A DNA stretch of 64,000 nucleotides. Source: Vezdaea acicularis (lineage: Eukaryota). Positions 1 through 10,900 of the stretch are shown piece after piece. The notes under the pieces are model-generated. The model was not told the DNA's origin and did not search any database. It saw nothing but the letters and a program-made list of their open reading frames with translations. The number at the start of each line of letters is the position of its first letter. The stretch's first letter is position 1. Where the stretch lies: the NCBI GenBank assembly GCA_026025075.1, contig JAPEUI010000043.1, positions 1 to 64,000 of the forward strand, given 5' to 3'. The translations under genes and the position numbers were made by a program.

Positions 1-1496
1 TCCCCATCATTCGGCCTACATCCTCTCCGAAGCACCACGCCGGTCACCTTTCCCATCGTGACAATCGTGACCCATTCCGGAGCAATCTCGTTCGCCAGGA
101 TCCGCATACACTCCGTCCCTTCCTCTTCCGATATAGGGTTCCTGAGCGAGTTTTGCAGGTGCTGCAGTATAGACATCATGGGCAGCGAAACGCGTTGAGT
201 GTTGATGGTATCCACGTCCAGGAGTTTGGATCCGGTGCTTCCGAGCATGGTCAAGACATTCGCAACCTCCTCCACTCGCTGGGCGGCGGACTTTCTGGCC
301 AGTACTTTCGGGGATAGGGGGGCTGGTAGTTTTGATTGCTGGAGCTTTTTCGCTTTGAGTCTCTCGAAGAAGCCTTGCCTCCTGCTTGAGAGATGCTCCT
401 CGCGCTTTGCGGTCTTGATCTCCTTTTCCTGTGTTGTCTCTTTCTTGAGGATCATGCCACATCTGAACTCTTCCAAGCGTCTTTGGCCCTTGGCCAATAA
501 TGGTGCGGCCTTGACAACGGATGAACAAAGCTTGACTGGAGCGTTTGGCAGCGTGTCGATGAAAGCTGATACTTCGCGATCTAGCGGAGAGGACTTTGCC
601 TCCTCCTGACCTTCACAAGCGCCCAGTAACACGGACCGATCTCTCCTTCTCCATAGATACTCCAAGTGCTCTGTGAAAAGGCTATTCAGAGCCTCTTCAT
701 CAATCAATCTCGCTGCCACGCCCCTCTTCACATGATCCTCGGAAATATCAATGCAGACCGTGTTCCTGCCATAATCCAACAGACTGAGCATTGGACCCAA
801 TTTCTCCAACGATTCATGTATCGAAGCTTGAAGGACGCCAAGGATTTTCTTGATGTCGTCCAACGAGACCGCTCGCTTCCCCCATGATCGCTCGATTGTT
901 GGCTTTAGCAGACGAAGGTCGGGAGGGGTTATACACCCGTGGTGTGCGACGTGAAGAGACAGCGAGGTGAGGAATGCCGAATGGAGGTCAATCAGGTCAA
1001 GCAATGGCTCCGGGAGCAAGGTCGTAGAAGAGGGCTTAGCATCTCCTTGTACCAGGCCGGCGTTTAGATTAGATTTGTCGATACAATGCTCAGACCTTAA
1101 CAGCGTCCGCGGTGAGGATTGGTTAGAAGCAGCTGGAATTGGGTCTGGCAAGTCCTGCTGGCTAATAGGAGATTTCGAGGTTTGCGGGTCTAAAGGGGAG
1201 ATCTGCCGCGCTGGCACTTTCCTCCGGCGTGTATCCAGCTCATTCTGAACTTCTTCCTCAACCAGAATTTTCTCTTGACCTATGCTCTTCCCATCCTTGT
1301 CTACACGCGCAGTGTTTCCAGCTAAATACTTCCGTGCAACAACTGCATTGGTTTGTAGAAGAGGCGGTTCCTTCTCGAGCTTCGCAGGCACCGCATGAGC
1401 CTTCGAGATTCGGCCAAACGCTCGAATACCGCTTTCCTTGACGAGCCTTCTCCCTTGGACAGAGTCTGACAGCTTCTGTCTTTTCGCAGGCACCAT
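1..1496 (-). CDS. CDT1: DNA replication licensing factor Cdt1-like protein (3' end runs off the window)
   Basis: Not in the ORF track because it has no stop in the window. ATG at 1496 (MVPAKRQKLSDSVQGRRLVKESGIRAFGRISK) is in the same frame as the C-terminal segment FERLKAKKLQQSKLPAPLSPKVLARKSAAQRVEEVANVL...SLPMMSILQHLQNSLRNPISEEEGTECMRILANEIAPEWVTIVTMGKVTGVVLRRG, which resembles the fungal Cdt1 C-terminal winged-helix region. The middle was not translated codon by codon. Confidence 0.75.
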   Translation of the reverse strand, partial: MVPAKRQKLSDSVQGRRLVKESGIRAFGRISKAHAVPAKLEKEPPLLQTNAVVARKYLAGNTARVDKDGKSIGQEKILVEEEVQNELDTRRRKVPARQISPLDPQTSKSPISQQDLPDPIPAASNQSSPRTLLRSEHCIDKSNLNAGLVQGDAKPSSTTLLPEPLLDLIDLHSAFLTSLSLHVAHHGCITPPDLRLLKPTIERSWGKRAVSLDDIKKILGVLQASIHESLEKLGPMLSLLDYGRNTVCIDISEDHVKRGVAARLIDEEALNSLFTEHLEYLWRRRDRSVLLGACEGQEEAKSSPLDREVSAFIDTLPNAPVKLCSSVVKAAPLLAKGQRRLEEFRCGMILKKETTQEKEIKTAKREEHLSSRRQGFFERLKAKKLQQSKLPAPLSPKVLARKSAAQRVEEVANVLTMLGSTGSKLLDVDTINTQRVSLPMMSILQHLQNSLRNPISEEEGTECMRILANEIAPEWVTIVTMGKVTGVVLRRGCRPNDG

Positions 1497-1579
1497 TCTC
1501 CCAGGTGACGGTCGTCAGAGTGATGGGTGATTAATTGTTGGAGGGTTTGGGGAAGTTGCCAGTGAAGGGGATTCAATTT

Positions 1580-1613
1580 GCGCGTCGCGTAGAGGAACCG
1601 CGTCGGGTCGCGC
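1580..1613 (-). promoter_or_regulatory. Cluster of MCB-like (ACGCG/CGCG) cell-cycle elements upstream of CDT1
   Basis: Four CGCG cores (1581, 1586, 1599, 1609) in 34 bp, 85-115 bp upstream of the Cdt1 ATG; the minus strand reads ACGCGACGCGC. Confidence 0.55.
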
Positions 1614-2035
1614 CTCGCTTGGAACCTCGGGTCGGTAAACGGCGGCGGTGACGTACGGATCTACGAAGTTACATTGCACAGCGTATGAGATGGGCTTTCC
1701 TTTATTCCAGGGGGAAATTGGCGGTGGATGACCCATTGGACAACACATGATGCTCCAGCTGGCTTGTTCACACAGAAATGTCTATCTTCACTCTGCGTCT
1801 AAGTAAATAATGTGAACAGACAAAGGAAGTCCGTAACCAAATTTCCTGCTCTACTGGACGATGACCGATTCGGGCTCGGTGCTATAGGGCAAATATCATT
1901 GTATAGCATTCAATGAGAGTATAGATTTGGAACACTTGGATCTGATTGTAGGCCTTCTTGCGATAAGTAGCGTTACATTACGAGTATGACGAGCCCCTCA
2001 AGGGGCAGCTTAAATGATCCTCTCCATGCTCAACC

Positions 2036-2703
2036 TTATTTCTTGCCGCTGAAGATGTTCCAGCCGTTGTTGACACCTTCCTTGACCTTTGCAGCTGATT
2101 CTTCGACCCTCCGGTCTGCTCGGTCAATAGAGCCCTGCAGATCCTTTCGCACATCGTTGCCAAGTTGCTTGGCTCTTGCCTCTGCAGCACTTAGTTTACC
2201 TTGGGCGTCATCAGCCTGGAAAGAGCTTAGTCAGCCCTTAACTCGATAGGTTCTGAATTTGTAAATAAGACGCGTGAGGCGATAGAGAATACGCTTGGCA
2301 GGCAAGCAACGGGTATGCACCATAATGCTGCTATGCTCGACTTGAAATGGGTGCAATCCTGCACTGAAAGAAAAATTTGGAGGGAACAACACTTACAGCC
2401 TTGTCAAAAAAGGCGTCAACTTTCTCTCCGTAGACTTCTCCCTCTTTCTTAACCTGTTTCCCTCGGCCTGGCAACTCGCTCTTAACGGCGGCAGAAGCGC
2501 GTGCGGCATCATCTACACAGGTTGTAAGATCTAGGTAAAACTGACATTTCGTCCGGGAATGCGCGAGACGTATACTTACGTTCAAACTGCTTCTCTGCGA
2601 CTTTCGGGTTGCCACCAGCGGAGTACAAGTAGTACCCGACACCACCAGCAGCTGCCAGCCCCACATAGAGGGGGGCGCGGGACTTGGGAGGACGAGCGGC
2701 CAT
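2036..2703 (-). CDS. Small conserved fungal protein with an N-terminal hydrophobic anchor and helical tail (probably mitochondrial); 3 exons
   Basis: Exons 2703-2580, 2512-2397 and 2215-2036 are joined by GT-AG introns and give MAARPPKSRAPLYVGLAAAGGVGYYLYSAGGNPKVAEKQFEHDAARASAAVKSELPGRGK...VNNGWNIFSGKK*. Confidence 0.8.
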
Positions 2704-3029
2704 TGTGGTTGACGAGAAGTTTCGACTTTTTAGAAGGTAGAATGAATCGCGAGTTTCTGCAGTTGTTGATGATAGATGTTATTTGTGTGTTGTGAAAGAG
2801 GTTGTAGGGAACAAGACAGTTTTCTCCCTCCGCAGGCAGGTTTGGGTCAAGATGACGGAATAGCCAATGCGGAGTGCATTAAGCGGGAGCCGTAGCCGTG
2901 GCGTCCGCGCTAGTTACGGTTACGCAGACAGCTCTTATTTTCTCGCCGACGTTCCATAACGGAAAATTGTAGCGCGACAATATAAGAGGGTCGTTCAAAC
3001 CCCAAATTACGTCCGTTCACCTCAATGTA

Positions 3030-5147
3030 ATGCTTGTGAAGAGACGGACCATTTCTTCAACTAAAGTGGTAGCAGGACTCCAGATCCGGACTACGTTCGG
3101 CACGTCCGAGCTACCGCTCCTCTTCTTGTATCCTTGGTTTACATATTCCTACGCCCACGAACGTTGCCAGCCGCCGCTCACTTCGAGGCCTGTAAACGTC
3201 AATAGAACCTTCCGCAATATCGTACGAAGTTATGCGTCCATTACTGCCGGAAAACACAACGCGCAGGCAAACGGGCGAGGGGGAAATGGCATAGGTCCAC
3301 CGATTTCCAGGGGCAAGCTTGAGGCGAGGAGCTATGGAAGACAGACGTACAAACCGAAGGGATATAGGCATGAGATCAGTACGTCTACCAGCAGGACTGG
3401 TATCTCAGATCTTGAGCAGGCGACGACAGCAAGCGCGCAGGCAGTCACGGCAACCTATCGTACTACTCATTCCACACCAGAAAGGTCTACTCGGACCGAC
3501 TCCGGTTTCGAGCCGGTATCTTCCTTCGGTACTGTTCGCCATGTTGGACAAGTCCAAGATAAAGGGATTTCCAGGGGCAGTGGAAGAGAACGACCTGTCT
3601 TCAAGCGCCACACAAATGGCATCAGCTACTCGCTCCACGAAGACTCGCTGAGCTCTAGACTTGATTGGCAGCCAATCCTTGAATTACTCCTCCAACACAC
3701 ATCGCCCCAAGTTTCTTCACACCATCTTCCTCCTATCGAGATGTCGGAAGCCGACTTATCCAGATATAGTGGCAAACTGGAAGAAAATGGCTTTAATCAG
3801 CCCACAAGAAAACCCCAGTTTTCAAGCCCGGATGAAGTCGAAGCTTACATCGCAGCACTTCCAGATCTGCACCGGTCGACTGGAGCGAAGACAAGTCTTT
3901 CAGGTATAGCTTTCTCGCTGAAGCATGGATTAGTGAAAGACATACTGAGCATCTTTTCGGATCCCGAAAACCGTGACTTCCTAACCGTACGTGTCTTTAA
4001 CGCTGCTTTCAAGATTTTAGCACGCCATTCTCAAGATGCTGCTATCCGGCAGCTGTTCAATCATATGAACTTGCTTCAAGTTCGGCCGGACACATATACA
4101 TTTACGTTTTGTGCTATGCCTTCAATCAGGAGCGGAGATTTTCATCACTTTGAGATGACGCTTCGGATGATGATTGAACGCCAGATGCAGCCCAACTTAT
4201 TTACCTGGGCCTCTTTCCTACCCCTCCTCAGATGCACAGAGGCAAAAGAAGAGGTCATTGGTCACATGAAGAAATTCGGTCTCGTTCACCATCAATTGCC
4301 CCTTCAAATGGCCGTCGAACACATAATCGGCCCACGATTTCAAGCCTTCTTATCTCAACGAGATGCTGCATTTGACTCTTTTTTAAAAAGTCTAGACGAT
4401 GAGTTTGGACAGAAGTGGCCATCTGGTCCTGCAACGAACCGCCTCCTCCGCATAGCTTGTGAACAGGGCTCCCACGACATGATTTGGGAAATAATCCACA
4501 CAATGCACCGTCGAGGGCTCGACCTCACAACGAGATCCCTCGACCGAATCCTCGTTCTTGCTATCCGTCAAAACGATCCTGCAATGGCCGCGAAAGCTTT
4601 GAGCGTCTTTCGAGACCTCTGGGACGTCCCTTTCGACGGCCCGACGTTCATTCTCCTCTTCAAGCTTGCGTGGCGCTGCCGCCTCTACAACCTCGGCAGA
4701 GTGGTATGGACATATGCCTGTCTGACCGGCGACGTCGGGTATGAGATGAAATGCCTGATTGCCAGGAGCCTCGATATCGCCGAAATCTCCCCATTCCCCA
4801 CCCACGGCGAAGTCTGGCGAGCTTCCGCCGCGCGAGTGATGGCCGGCATCGGGCAAGGCAACGAGGTAATCAGCGATCTGAAAGGGGGTAGGGATGCGAG
4901 CAGCGGCCGATTGGCAACATCTTCAACCTCCCGTCACGCCTTGATCCGGCACGACCTCGCGGCGTCCAAGGTCTGGCAAGCAAAGCTACCCATGAACGAC
5001 GCGGTGCAGGCCGCGTTGAAGGCGGACGCGGAGTGGGCGGACGGACTGGGTCGGTCTGAAGTCCCGCTCAGCTTGAAGCGGGAGAAGGCTATTGACTATC
5101 CGATCATCCCGCGGGAGCCTGGTGTGGGCTCGGATGGGAGGCTGTAG
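3030..5147 (+). CDS. Pentatricopeptide-repeat (PPR) protein, probably mitochondrial RNA metabolism
   Basis: 705-aa single ORF with an Arg/Ser-rich presequence-like N-terminus and PPR-type helical repeats (VFNAAFKILARH...LFNHMNLLQVRPDTYTFT; MIERQMQPNLFTWASFL). Confidence 0.75.
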   Translation: MLVKRRTISSTKVVAGLQIRTTFGTSELPLLFLYPWFTYSYAHERCQPPLTSRPVNVNRTFRNIVRSYASITAGKHNAQANGRGGNGIGPPISRGKLEARSYGRQTYKPKGYRHEISTSTSRTGISDLEQATTASAQAVTATYRTTHSTPERSTRTDSGFEPVSSFGTVRHVGQVQDKGISRGSGRERPVFKRHTNGISYSLHEDSLSSRLDWQPILELLLQHTSPQVSSHHLPPIEMSEADLSRYSGKLEENGFNQPTRKPQFSSPDEVEAYIAALPDLHRSTGAKTSLSGIAFSLKHGLVKDILSIFSDPENRDFLTVRVFNAAFKILARHSQDAAIRQLFNHMNLLQVRPDTYTFTFCAMPSIRSGDFHHFEMTLRMMIERQMQPNLFTWASFLPLLRCTEAKEEVIGHMKKFGLVHHQLPLQMAVEHIIGPRFQAFLSQRDAAFDSFLKSLDDEFGQKWPSGPATNRLLRIACEQGSHDMIWEIIHTMHRRGLDLTTRSLDRILVLAIRQNDPAMAAKALSVFRDLWDVPFDGPTFILLFKLAWRCRLYNLGRVVWTYACLTGDVGYEMKCLIARSLDIAEISPFPTHGEVWRASAARVMAGIGQGNEVISDLKGGRDASSGRLATSSTSRHALIRHDLAASKVWQAKLPMNDAVQAALKADAEWADGLGRSEVPLSLKREKAIDYPIIPREPGVGSDGRL

Positions 5148-6089
5148 CAGGGACGTTTCTGGCTAGTGTAGCAGTGCTTCACCGTAGTCAGTCATCCGAA
5201 TGAGAATGAAATAAACCTTGGCCCAACCCTTGCTTCCTCTTCATCACTCTACGCAAATGTGATTTGTCCCGCATCTCCACCGTTTCCCCTTCACCCCCTC
5301 CCCATTGCTTTTTATCCCCTCTTTCCCCCGACCCTACCGTACAGCATCCCTCCAATATCACCACCCAAACACCAGACCGCCCCCCCCCCCTCCCCAACTC
5401 CACAAATCCACAAACGTACCACCCCCCTCCTACCCTGCACGGACATTCCCGCATCCCCATCCCATCCCAGCTCAGTAATCAATAATCCCCAAGGGGGGGG
5501 GTGAAGTGGTAGAGTGACACACCTGACCACGCGCGACTTTCGCGTCCAATCTCACACCCCACCCCCGCCTCGCCTCATCTCGCTAAGGCACACCGGCGCG
5601 CCGCGGCGCGCGAAAGCGGGGATGTGATAGCGACGACGGGCATCGGGGAAGGACTCTCTGGAATGCCGACGGGGGGATTCGACGCCCGGTTCGTGGGTGA
5701 CTCATATTGGGGTTGGGGCTTTGGGCGTTGGATTAGGTTGATGAGGGGAAGATGGTATGGGAGGGGCGGTCGGGGGTTCACCTCTTCCTGTTCCGTTCGC
5801 GGAGGGAAGGAAGGAGGGGAGATGGGGGATATATAAGGGTGGAAGGCATCCGAGTGTCTTGACTCTTTCTCTCGTTCGTTCTATATCCTGCTTCTTAGAG
5901 AAGTATTGAATTGGATTGAATATCTCGTAGCCACTCAATCTCGTGTACTTCTCCCCTCACTCCATCCGCTTGAATCTACCACAAAACGCAAAAGACAAGG
6001 AACGGATATCTACCGTTCTACTCTGCTCTCGTCTTCACCCAGTCAGACAAGCCAAACCGCACCTTCATCAACAAATCGTCTCATCAACA

Positions 6090-6497
6090 ATGACTAGCCT
6101 AGCCCCCAACCAACCATGCTGGCTCACCCTCCCCGCCACGTCCGTCCCACGGGCAAAGACCTTCTACGAGACCGCCTTCTCCTGGACCTTCAAGCCCTCG
6201 CCGGCAGACGGGTACTACAACGCTGAGCGAATCGCCATGATGGAATTCAGCGGGACTGGGAGCTTGGGCGGAGGAATCGTCAAGGAAGACGGGAATTTCG
6301 TCAAAGCGGGAGCGGGGGGAGTTGTGGTTTACCTTATGGTAGAGGATATTGCGGGGGCGATACGCAAGGTGGAGGAGGCGGGGGGGAAGAAGGTTGGAGA
6401 GGTGACGCCGGAGGGGGAGCATGGGGAGATGGCGCATTTTGTGGATACGGAGGGGAATACGCTTGGGGTGTATCAGATGAAGGCGCAGCCATCTTAG
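6090..6497 (+). CDS. VOC superfamily (glyoxalase/bleomycin-resistance) protein, 135 aa, intronless
   Basis: ATG at 6090. Motifs PCWLTLPATSVPRAKTFYETAFSW, VVVYLMVEDIAGAIRKVEEAGG and MAHFVDTEGNTLGVY match the paired beta-alpha-beta-beta-beta VOC fold. Confidence 0.85.
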   Translation: MTSLAPNQPCWLTLPATSVPRAKTFYETAFSWTFKPSPADGYYNAERIAMMEFSGTGSLGGGIVKEDGNFVKAGAGGVVVYLMVEDIAGAIRKVEEAGGKKVGEVTPEGEHGEMAHFVDTEGNTLGVYQMKAQPS

Positions 6498-6702
6498 GCG
6501 GTTGAGAAGACTGGGCATGGGGCTTGCTTGCAAAGGATCTTTTGGCTGCGGAGGTTGAAGAGATGGCTTTATTTTAAATTTCTTGCCGGCTTGCTTTTAG
6601 TGATGGACACGCTCTAGCGGAGGAATATCTCCTTAGTTCCCATGGTGCTTGATGAGACGACTGCAAGGATTTTAGCAATCAAATTGGTTCTGAAACCCTT
6701 GT

Positions 6703-8545
6703 TCAACCCTCCGCCTCAACAGCAACGTAATGCAAGTAGGCGCCCAACAGCTTGATACCCTCGATACTGCGACAGTATTAGCTATGAGTAAACAGTGTCT
6801 CATGTACCGAGCTTACTAGTTCTTCTTGTCGAGTTTCTCTGCAACATTACAAGTCAGCTGAATATCAGTGCTGCGAAAATCTTGGGTTGGACGTACCATT
6901 GATCGAGTGTGCAGCGTCGGTAGAACTACCCATAGGGAGTAAGAGCACATTCTTGCCCGTCGCTTGCTCGAACGTGAGCGTGACGGGGATGCTGCACTCA
7001 CGTCAACAAAACAAAGACAGACAGCAAAGAGGATACGAAGTAGATCCTACCTTCCACCCTCACGCGTCAGATCCGGCTTCACGCCCCAAACGTGCTCCAC
7101 GGCCTTGCTCGCTGCCGAGAAGTTCCAATGCTTGGGGCTCGCGACCCACCACTTACCGTCATGCTGCAGGGAGACTTCGAGCTTGTTCTTGCTCTTGAGC
7201 TTCGCAAATTGCTCTTCGACGTACTTGTACACGAGCGCATTCACCTGCTCGCTTTCCATGTTCGGGACGGTGCGGATGGAGAACTTGCCGATGACTTTGG
7301 CGGGGATGACGGTCTTTGCTCCGGGGGCGGAGAAAGCGCCTTCGACGCCGTGGATGGATAGAGAGGGGTAGCGCCACCTAAGAGACATCTCATGTCAGGG
7401 ACTACTACCTTATAACAGGGGGTAGGCCGTTCGACAAACCGGCCCATGAGCGTTGATTCCTTGTCTTCATATATGCCGGTCGTGCTTCCCAGGCTTTCGT
7501 ACAGGTTGTCCATTGTGAAAGCGATTCCGCCATATAGAGACTTCTCGTCCTCGGTCAAGGGCGCCACAAGCTCAGCAATACCCGGTATCTGTATCTTGCC
7601 GTCGGTGTCAACTAGAGTCGCCAGTACTCGCACTAGATCGGTCATTGGCTCTTGTGCCGTGCCGCCAAACACGCCGCTATGGAGATCCTGCCCCGGCCCA
7701 GATACTGTAATTGAGTAGTAGTTACATCCGCGCAAGCCATATGTCAAGCATGGCTTCTCGGTACCCAGCCAGTAATTATCAGAGATACAAACCGCATCCG
7801 TGTCCGCAAAGAACTTCTTGGCCTCCGCATTAATGAAGTCGTCAAGCCCTTCCGAGCCGTACTCTTCCATGCCTTCAAAGCACATTAGTAGATTCACCGG
7901 GAACTCGATACCCGCCTTCTTGTGCGCTTCGATCGCGTTGAGCCAGCCAAGCACGGGACCTTTGTCGTCCGTGCTCCCGCGGCCGTACATCCGTCCCTTT
8001 TCGTCGACGGTGAGTTCGAACGGATCGGTTGCCCATCCATCCTCTTTGAGCGCTGGTTGGACGTCGTAATGGCCATAGACGAGGATGGTCCTCTTCTTCT
8101 TGTCGTTGCCATAGCGCGCGATGACGACGGGTGGAAGCTCGAGGTGTTCTTTCCCCGGCTGCTTTCCTAGCTGTCTCTTCTCGACCTCGGCTCCCAGGCC
8201 TGCAAGCTCGGCCGCGAGGAACTCCCCCATCTACGGACAGTCGACTCGTCAGCTTCTGCACAGTTATTGTCGGAGACGATCGGGCCAGCCTGACCTTGAC
8301 GACATCTGGTCTTCGCTCATCTTCGGCGGAGACGGAAGGTATCGCAACCGCCTTTCGGAGGCCTGTAGCTCAGTTAGCTATCTTGCAAGTGCCGGGGGGG
8401 GGCTCTGAATTGACTTGCGTTCTATGAATACACTAGAGAGTTCATTGACTCTTTCAACAAGCTCTGATTTAGTCGATATGGCCCACTTTCCGGTTTTTTA
8501 ACAGGATACTGACTGCTTGAAATATGCATCCAGTTGAGGAGCCAT
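6703..8545 (-). CDS. DUG1: Cys-Gly metallodipeptidase, peptidase M20A (CNDP2 orthologue); about 8 exons
   Basis: Spliced N-terminus [44 protein letters not shown]; motifs [37 protein letters not shown]-terminus [23 protein letters not shown]. Includes a 22-nt exon (6838-6817) and a GC-AG intron (8418-8363). Confidence 0.93.
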
Positions 8546-9153
8546 GTTGCACGGACTGGTGCTGAGCTTGCGGGGTGGGGGAAACCTGCCAGTAGAGCTC
8601 CGGTATACGCTTGCACTTTTCACAGATATAGGCAATGCAGAAGTGTAGAAGAGATTGCCAGGTAGCTTGAGACTTTGCCTGCGTAATATGGAAGTACAAA
8701 TCATGGAGCACTTGTATAATTGTGGTCTCCCATTTGAATGTAACCGTCGCTTAAATAGAATAACGCAAACAGGCAAAGCGAGGTTGCCCGACTTGGGTGG
8801 AGAATCTTTCTTTCACCCAGCTAAGATCCGCTTCGTTTCTAATAATGTACACTTGATATTTTTAGATAGCTCTGTCCGAGACTAAAGCTTCATGCTTCCT
8901 TCCCAAGGCAACGCATATATCCACCGAGTCCGTATTATACTTAGAGAGATGTTGGGCGCATACTCCGCTACCTCTCCGGCCTCAAGAAGGAGAGACAATC
9001 ACGGTGTTGCTCATGCCTGACTTCCCGAATGTACACTACAAAGGGGCGCAAGGCAACCCCCTTATGACACGGATCCCATGGTGGACGATTGCCCACCGTT
9101 TGTGACCACAGTCCCCCCCTATCAATTCCCTGCGACTGCTTCTCCAAGAAAAC

Positions 9154-9783
9154 CTACTCGTCTCGCCCCCAAGCCGCCCGTCGCCGCGCCCGATCCTCCC
9201 TAGCCGTCCGCCGACGAGGTCCCCACCGGGCCTTGACATCCTCAAGTTTCTGCGCCTGCCGCTGCTTCTGCTCCTTGCTCGCCTCGCACACCATCCCGAC
9301 GAAAAGGGAGGAGCAATTAAAGCGCTTCGCAAGCTTCTGTCTCGTCCACACCTCCGGGTCACTCGTGCGCAGCGTTCTGATCTCCTCGACTTCCTTCTCC
9401 GTGAGGTGGTAGCTCTTCTCGTACGGCTTCCGAACAGGTGGCGGTAATTGCGGCGATTTGACCGATTGGTCGACGACGACGCTCGAATGCAGACCCGACG
9501 CGGCAAACAGCGTACGTCGCGGATCCGTCTTCGGGAGGAACTTCAGAGGGGTCTGCAGGACGGAGGGAGCTGAGGAAGGGGGGTTGAAGATGATGTGGTC
9601 GCGTTGCGGACTTGTTGCGGAGAGGAGGTAGGAGGAGTCGGGTTTTACTCGAAGCTTTTTGTTCGTCCGGCGGTACGATGATTCATGGCGCCGACATTGT
9701 TGATGGGGCAGTCGAGGAGCGCACCAGTGTGAGCCCTGCTGGAGTGAGTGACTGAGGCTTCGGCGCGCCGGCGCGACGCTCAT
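9154..9783 (-). CDS. MRPL20: Mitochondrial ribosomal protein of the fungal MRPL20 (mL58) family
   Basis: ATG at 9783; motifs HIIFNPPSSAPSVLQTPLKFLPKTDPRR, YHLTEKEVEEIRTLRTSDPEVWTRQKLAKRFNCS and WGPRRRTAREDR. Confidence 0.85.
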   Translation of the reverse strand: MSVAPARRSLSHSLQQGSHWCAPRLPHQQCRRHESSYRRTNKKLRVKPDSSYLLSATSPQRDHIIFNPPSSAPSVLQTPLKFLPKTDPRRTLFAASGLHSSVVVDQSVKSPQLPPPVRKPYEKSYHLTEKEVEEIRTLRTSDPEVWTRQKLAKRFNCSSLFVGMVCEASKEQKQRQAQKLEDVKARWGPRRRTAREDRARRRAAWGRDE

Positions 9784-9984
9784 TGTTAAAGGTTGATTGA
9801 GGGTGTGGAGAAGAGGATGGAGAGAAAGGGAAATTTCGGGCAGGCGAGCTTCGAGCACTTCGGCAATTTCCGGTTTGATGTTCGATAGAACGACGATCCA
9901 TTCACGCTGAAAGTTCAGACACCAAAAACTCTAGAGTATATTGAACTTCTCCTCCATCATCAACTCGCCATCATCAAAATCGCT

Positions 9985-10419
9985 ATGCCTCGTACTCGCC
10001 GCCCTGCCTCTTGCACCGTACACACTCACGATCCATGGCCAGCCCTCGGGCCCATCACCGTCTGTGGGAAGACCCGCACATGTGAGATCTGTGGAACTGC
10101 ATTTACCGCTGCCACCTCTCTTCGAGTTCACCTCAAGAGGTGGCATAGGAGGACCGTTGTTGCTGGTCGTCGTGGGCCTGTTATTGGGTAATTTAAATGT
10201 TTTATGGAAATGAAAGTAATTGGATTATAACTAATAGATGATAAACCTGACATTCCTTTCATGTCTGTTATGAAGGAGGAGGATGACAACAATGTTGAGG
10301 AGGAGAATAACAATGACATAAATGATAACAACAATGTGAATGATGATGATAATATTAAAAATGATGGGATAGAAAATGCAGGAGAGAAAATAAAGAAAGA
10401 AGAAGAGACTGATGAATAG
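9985..10419 (+). pseudogene. Disrupted small C2H2 zinc-finger protein with an acidic tail
   Basis: CEICGTAFTAATSLRVHLKRWH fits C-x2-C-x3-F-x5-L-x2-H-x4-H. The same frame continues past two TAA codons (10189, 10228) into a D/E/N-rich tail ending in TAG at 10417-10419. Confidence 0.6.
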
Positions 10420-10900
10420 TTATAAAAAGTGAAATAGATATAAAGTTAGATGTGAATGAAAAATAATTTCTCGCAAGTGTATACGTTTAAATTGATTTAA
10501 ACATCTTCAATTTAAAAGAAATAGTATATTAAATATCAAAAATATATCAGTATTAAAAGCAGCAAGTGAAAAAATATATTGCAATAGAAAATATATGAAC
10601 AAATAATTAAACATAAAAATTTAAAATACTGAATTTGGATTCATTTAAACATATGAGAATGAATATTAATATATATATAAATACATATAAGATCTTGTTT
10701 TTTTCTAAAAAAAAATTAAATGTGATAAATTTAATCAATAGTTGATAAGATCACATATGTTTTAAATAAATCAGCAATCAAATGACATTATGTCAACAAG
10801 CGTGTTTTTTTCTATATCAAACTCAAATTTGCCAAGTTTTTTGCAAAAAGCTTTTTCAGATCTATTAAAAACTTGCCATCAAATATTCTCACATCAGTAA
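10186..10900. other. AT-rich, CpG-depleted island (RIP-like or methylation-decayed repeat remnant; origin not identifiable)
   Basis: Abrupt AT enrichment against GC-rich flanks; I counted only three CpG between 10173 and 11085. No recognisable transposase, LTR or TIR remains. Confidence 0.6.

Noticed and set aside
5188..5940. ORFs in the C-rich/G-rich gap between the PPR and VOC genes
   Set aside because: Low-complexity homopolymer tracts; no plausible product or consistent splice structure.
10420..10900. Naming the AT island as a specific transposon
   Set aside because: No terminal repeats, target-site duplication or coding remnant could be recognised.
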